Below are positions 60,201 to 64,000 of a DNA stretch of 64,000 nucleotides, piece by piece. The stretch's first letter is position 1. Each line of letters starts with the position of its first letter. Position numbers and translations under genes: made by a program. The notes below the pieces were generated by a model that worked only from the letters and a program-made list of their open reading frames with translations, had not been told where the DNA came from and searched no databases. Source of the DNA: Phoronis australis (Eukaryota; Animalia; Phoronida); contig NMRA01000133.1 of the NCBI GenBank assembly GCA_002633005.1, positions 750,809-814,808 of the forward strand. The letters are read 5' to 3'.

Positions 60201-62996
60201 ATTCAAAAACCCTTCACTTTATACAAGACCAGCACAGACTCCAGGTAAACCAATTACCATAATATAAAGAAGGATTAATACATTTCAATGCACGACATAA
60301 GTTTAGTTCTTCCACTTCTGCTCGTTGATTCAAACACAGGTCCATTGTGTTTTTACTAGAAAGTCTTTTCAATGACACGGAGTCATATTTCTCACAAATT
60401 TGTAAAGAATTCCGTCCTTTTAGATTGAAGTTAAGTATAAATCTGGTTAAGAAACAAGTTCTTGGGAGACTGATTATAAGAAAAAATACCTTATAATAAC
60501 GCCTTTCCTTTGTTCATCTTGGTACCTGTCAAAGAATTTGTTTTATCACTTAGTGAATGCCTTATCACTAAATGTCTTTCTCACTTGACAGTTTTAACTG
60601 CTTATTGTTTTATTCCTATGCTATTGTATCTATGTCTATGTCCAGATGGCAAGATATCCAGGGGCAACATACCCATGGGCATCTTGCCCTGGTTGGCTTA
60701 ACATTCCTACGACATACCGGCATCTGGTGTTAAGGTGGAATTGCCGAAGAAAGTTCTCAGCGCGTGTATATCTGATAGACAGCGTGTATTAAATTAGCCT
60801 CGTAGTCGTGTTGCTGATAGTACCTCTTTGACACCACTGTAACACTGGCTAGGGGTCATTTGTGCCCAAATGTCTCGCCATCTTGTTCTCAGTGCAATTT
60901 GTACTTAACATCTGGGCTCAGTGTTTGTTAACTCTCTTGTACTGGAGTAGTTGACCTTTTGCAAGCTCTGCCCCTTGCTGAAAATCGACAAACAAACAAG
61001 TTTTACCTGACAACGTGTGGTCAGGCCTTTATGCAGCGTATGTCCTGGACGCCCTAGCACTATTCTGGATGCTCTGGCAAGGACGCCAAATGTATCATTT
61101 GGACAGGGACTGTCAATAGGAACCTTTCAAGTTTGGACTCACACATTGTAATGAATACTAAGAAGCCTCTGAAGGCTCACAGTGGGGGCTCTTTTTTCAA
61201 AGCAGGAAGATATATACAATGTATATACAAAGTATATGAATTGTTGCTATTTTGACACTTGAAAAAAAAGTCTTGGTGTACATGTTTTTTTAAGTAAAAA
61301 TGCTCACCATAGAAGGCTGTTTTATAAACTTAGATGTAAAAACCTTGATCTATGCATTTTTTGTAAAAAAATCTTGTGTGTTTGGGGGTATTGCTAGAGG
61401 TGGGGGGCTACGCGTCGGAATCATGGACGCCCTGGAATATTGGGAACCCCATTTTGGACACCCTATTTTCAAAATCCTGGATAAAGGCTGCGTGTCGTTT
61501 GTTGGGTAGCATAGCATCTTGGATAAAAAGGTGTGTCAAGAATGCTGTGTTCTGATTGGTCAGTTAAGCCGTCACTCAAAGTTCTGGGGATAGGTCAATT
61601 AAGGGTATTGTTTTATTTTGTTTGTGAAATATTTCTCGGAGATATGGAAGTATGTTTTGACTTGTTAATGTTTAACTGATTTAGGTCGCAGCTCTGATAA
61701 TCTTTCTTATTCAAATCACTGTACTTATCAATGGAAAGTTCCTTTGGAATTTTGCGAGGTTTATTTGTTAAGTTCTTGTTCTGATGAACTGCGCTTAATT
61801 AATTTTCCCTTGCTCTTTTTTGCAGAGTTAACTGTTAGAATTTCAAGGGAACGTGCAGAAATAGCTGTGCAAGCTCTCAAGTTAGATTTGATTCAGTGTG
61901 ACTTGCCTGGTAAGTATTATCTTTTAATGAAGTTCAGCACATTGTGTAGGGAACCACAAGAGCAGTGTATGTCATTTACCAATTTCCCCCCTCCCTGGCG
62001 CCAAGTGGCTTTGTGTTTCACATTTACCAATTTCCCCCTCCCTGGGGCCAAGTGGCACAGTGTTTCACAGTTAGCTATTTATACCCTCCCTGGCGCCAAG
62101 TGGCACGGTGTTTCACATTTACCTATTTCCTCAATTCCTGGCGCCAAGTGGCACGATGTTTCACATTGACCAATTTCCTCCTCCCTGGGGCTCAGTGGCA
62201 GTTTTTTTCACCAGTTTTGGGGAAAAGGGTTTCCAGAGGATACCTTGGGAAGTAATTAACAAATTTCAATTGAACACAGGGATATTTGATGGCAATGCTT
62301 TGTCATAAGTTGGGTGAATGCGACCTCCGTAGTACCCTGCAGTGGCTATTTTGGTCTTGTTAAGGGTCTTTTTAGTATTTTTGGGAAGAAGAGCATTTCT
62401 GAATATCTAGGAAAGCGCTTGATTGGATTTCTGTGAAACTTTGGCACAGATGTATGTAGCAGCAATTCACTGATACCAGTCAATTTTTGGGCAAGTTAGA
62501 CAGGCCGTGAATTTTCCCTGTACTTCACCAACATATGGGGGAATTCTTCTAGCATTCTGTCCTCTTGACTGAGAATTACTGGTCATTTTGGTTGACCACT
62601 GTTGGTAGCACCAAAAGTTTGGATTGAAGTAATGGTTACTGTATGTTGATTGTCTGACATTTGCACAAGTCTCACCATTTATCCATTCTACACTTGTTCA
62701 TTCAAGGCTGTGCATTTGGTTGTATCTGCCACCTGATGGCGCCCTCTACTGACGGCGACAACGAGCCGGCGGTGGAACAAGCCACCAGCACCGGCAGTGA
62801 TGGGACGTGCCTGAATGAGTTCTGCCGTATGGGTTGTGTATGTGACAGTCTCAACTCTGCGGGTGGTGTGACTCGTGAGAAGGCCCTAAGGCAACACTGC
62901 GGCAGGCCAGATTGTATGTTAGAATGTCAGTGTGTCCACTCCAACCTACGTTCCAAGTATACAACAATAAGGCATCTGCTCAATGGATCCAATGAG
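45253..62996 (+). CDS. MGA: MAX gene-associated protein (MGA)-like, 5' part; continues beyond the window
   Basis: Phase-consistent exons: 45253-45300, 47477-47590, 49942-50055, 51432-51548, 53088-56370, 57748-57953, 58286-58576, 59866-60244, 61826-61909, 62707-62996. MGA-type motifs occur in the expected order: DIDEIEGLPILSFTSEALLKAH, RISRERAEIAVQAL, CLNEFCRMGCVCDSL..HCGRPDCMLECQC. The start codon and the 5' exons are less certain. Confidence 0.75.
45521..46350. mobile_element. Harbinger-like MITE containing nested insertions
   Basis: TIR agccaatttcacaaaggg / cacctttatgaaattggct, with internal aaaccagg repeats. Confidence 0.5.
46635..47120 (+). mobile_element. Possible second decayed Penelope (GIY-YIG) fragment
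   Basis: Frameshifted pieces CFTNTLYL / CQ*CI*YVGDIELQLRT / LKSTLP..NE; highly degenerate. Confidence 0.3.
47977..49670 (+). mobile_element. HINE-like element, full-length copy with 11 internal repeats
   Basis: ttttatgcacccacataattatatgtggacac head, gtct/gtcc microsatellite, ~145-bp repeats, terminus ttgctcttgtt. Confidence 0.7.
50326..51162 (+). mobile_element. Old, diverged HINE-like copy
   Basis: ttttataggctcacatattaagtgggtac head, decayed catgaaatttgg and gtgcccctag motifs, tgttgctctt end. Confidence 0.5.
51895..52392 (-). mobile_element. HINE-like element of a different family, minus orientation
   Basis: Terminal inverted repeat tacttagtgaaaatttttcgccaagta; internal aaaatggc..ccgccgtcttggat and gtaaatttcgtg motifs. 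Confidence 0.4.
53088..56370 (+). CDS. MGA: MGA-like 3.3-kb acidic, low-complexity exon
   Basis: Lies inside ORF 53010..56504; atttcag acceptor and GAAG|GTAAGA donor; Ser/Glu/Asp-rich. Confidence 0.85.
56404..57535 (+). mobile_element. HINE-like element
   Basis: Same head, repeats and terminus as 47977-49670. Confidence 0.7.
58286..58576 (+). CDS. MGA: MGA-like exon with conserved D-x-D-E-I-E-G..SF motif
   Basis: tttcag|KSSSHIIPDIDEIEGLPILSFTSEALLKAH..FDLK|gtgagc. Confidence 0.8.
58730..59826 (+). mobile_element. Diverged HINE-like copy
   Basis: ctagtggcc and ccctagtggcag repeats, terminus tcaatgctccgccttgctcttg. Confidence 0.55.
59866..60244 (+). CDS. MGA: MGA-like basic exon (NLS-like RRKRRK)
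   Basis: tttgtag|DAAMHLTKLHW..NIRRKRRKNL..QTP|gtaaac. Confidence 0.75.
61022..61490. mobile_element. hAT-like MITE inserted into another MITE
   Basis: TIR caggcctttatgcag / cctggataaaggctg, with CGTGT duplicated (61014-61018 and 61491-61495). The empty site at ~24395 has a single CGTGT. Confidence 0.65.
61972..62202 (+). repeat. ~46-bp tandem repeat x5
   Basis: tttaccaatttccccctccctggcgccaagtggcacggtgtttcaca. Confidence 0.9.
62707..62996 (+). CDS. MGA: MGA-like Cys-rich (DUF4801-type) exon
   Basis: GCAFGCIC..CLNEFCRMGCVCDSL..HCGRPDCMLECQC; donor GAG|GTAAGT. Confidence 0.85.
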
Positions 62997-63454
62997 GTAA
63001 GTGGTGGTAGTGATACTGTCCTTGCATGAATTAACATTATTTATTTTTTTTGGAAACAGTCCATTCCAACCTAAGTTACGAATACACAACTGTAAGGCAT
63101 GTTCTCATTGGATGCAATGAGATAATTGCTGATAATCATCCTGACCTTGCATAAATTAACATATTTAATGTTTTTGAAAAACATTGGTTGGATAAGTTTG
63201 TTGGGTTACATCTACACCATCCATTGTTTGATGCCCTTGTTATTCATTATATGCCAGTGCCTTGGGTTTGTCAGCATATGTATATGACCCTATGGTTTGA
63301 TTGTGTTTTAAGTTTGAGCTGAACATTGTTAAGGTTCTATAGGACCCTAGTAAAATATTCAAATTTTGAAACTTTATATTTTCGAAATGGCTGTTCGGAT
63401 GCATATGTAATTTTCAGATACTAAGCTTTATGTATTGTTTATGGATTTTTTATG

Positions 63455-64000
63455 TTTTTATGCGCCCACATATTTATATGTGGACGCATTATGCCGTCAT
63501 CTCTGTCCGTCCGTCCGGGCGGCGTCCGTCCGGCGTCTGGCGTCCGGCGTCCGCTGCTCTATCTCCAAAACCCTTTGACATACGTTCATGAAATTTGGCA
63601 CATATGTTCCATTCATGAATGGGACGGCATGTGCGAACTTTCGGAATAGATCCGACTACCAGTGTGCCCCCTAGTGGCAATTTTAGTTTTTTACGCTTAC
63701 CTTTGTATCTTCAAAAGTCCTTAACGGATTTTCATGAAATTTGGTATGTAGGCACCTGTTAGTGAGATGACGCTATCCTCCTGTTTTCAGATGGATTCGA
63801 CATAGTTTGCGCCACCTAGTGGCCATTTTTAGTGTTTTCGAGTCTGTTTTTGTGCTTCCACCCCTCTATCAACCAAACCGCTCAAAGGATGATTGTGAAA
63901 ATTGGCATGTATGTGCTTACTATGTAGAGGACGGTTGACGATGATTTTCCGACGATTTCGACTACTGTGGCGCCTCCTAGTGGCAGTTTTGTTTTTTTTG
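63455..64000 (+). mobile_element. HINE-like element, truncated by the window end
   Basis: ttttatgcgcccacatatttatatgtggacgc head, (gtcc/ggcgtcc)n microsatellite, repeats with gcgccacctagtggcc. Confidence 0.72.

Noticed and set aside
60646-60701. Additional MGA exon after a good acceptor
   Set aside because: No donor in the required phase before a stop; 60244 joins 61826 in frame directly.

Overview
Eukaryotic, intron-rich and repeat-rich genomic DNA, probably from a bilaterian invertebrate (lophotrochozoan-like; this is an inference). There are two assembly gaps (22569-22880 and 36905-37671). I recognise three genes. (1) An intronless class-B/adhesion-like GPCR with a somatomedin-B domain on the minus strand (3130-791), broken by one in-frame TAA. 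(2) A complete ZC3H13/Flacc gene (m6A writer complex subunit), reconstructed as 21 coding exons on the plus strand (8064-34713), with one GC-AG intron. (3) The 5' part of an MGA-like gene on the plus strand (ATG about 45253, running off the window). It has the MGA Cys-rich DUF4801-type region but no visible T-box. Introns and intergenic DNA hold non-autonomous Helentron-like (HINE/DINE-type) elements whose ~145-bp internal repeats each carry a CTCF-like motif. They also hold a Kolobok-type element with a decayed THAP domain, Penelope remnants (one with a hammerhead ribozyme core), a decayed Crypton/DUF3504 tyrosine recombinase, MITEs with 5-6 bp TSDs, a tRNA-derived SINE, and minisatellites that have amplified ZC3H13 splice sites. 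All homology calls come from motif recognition by eye; no searches were run.
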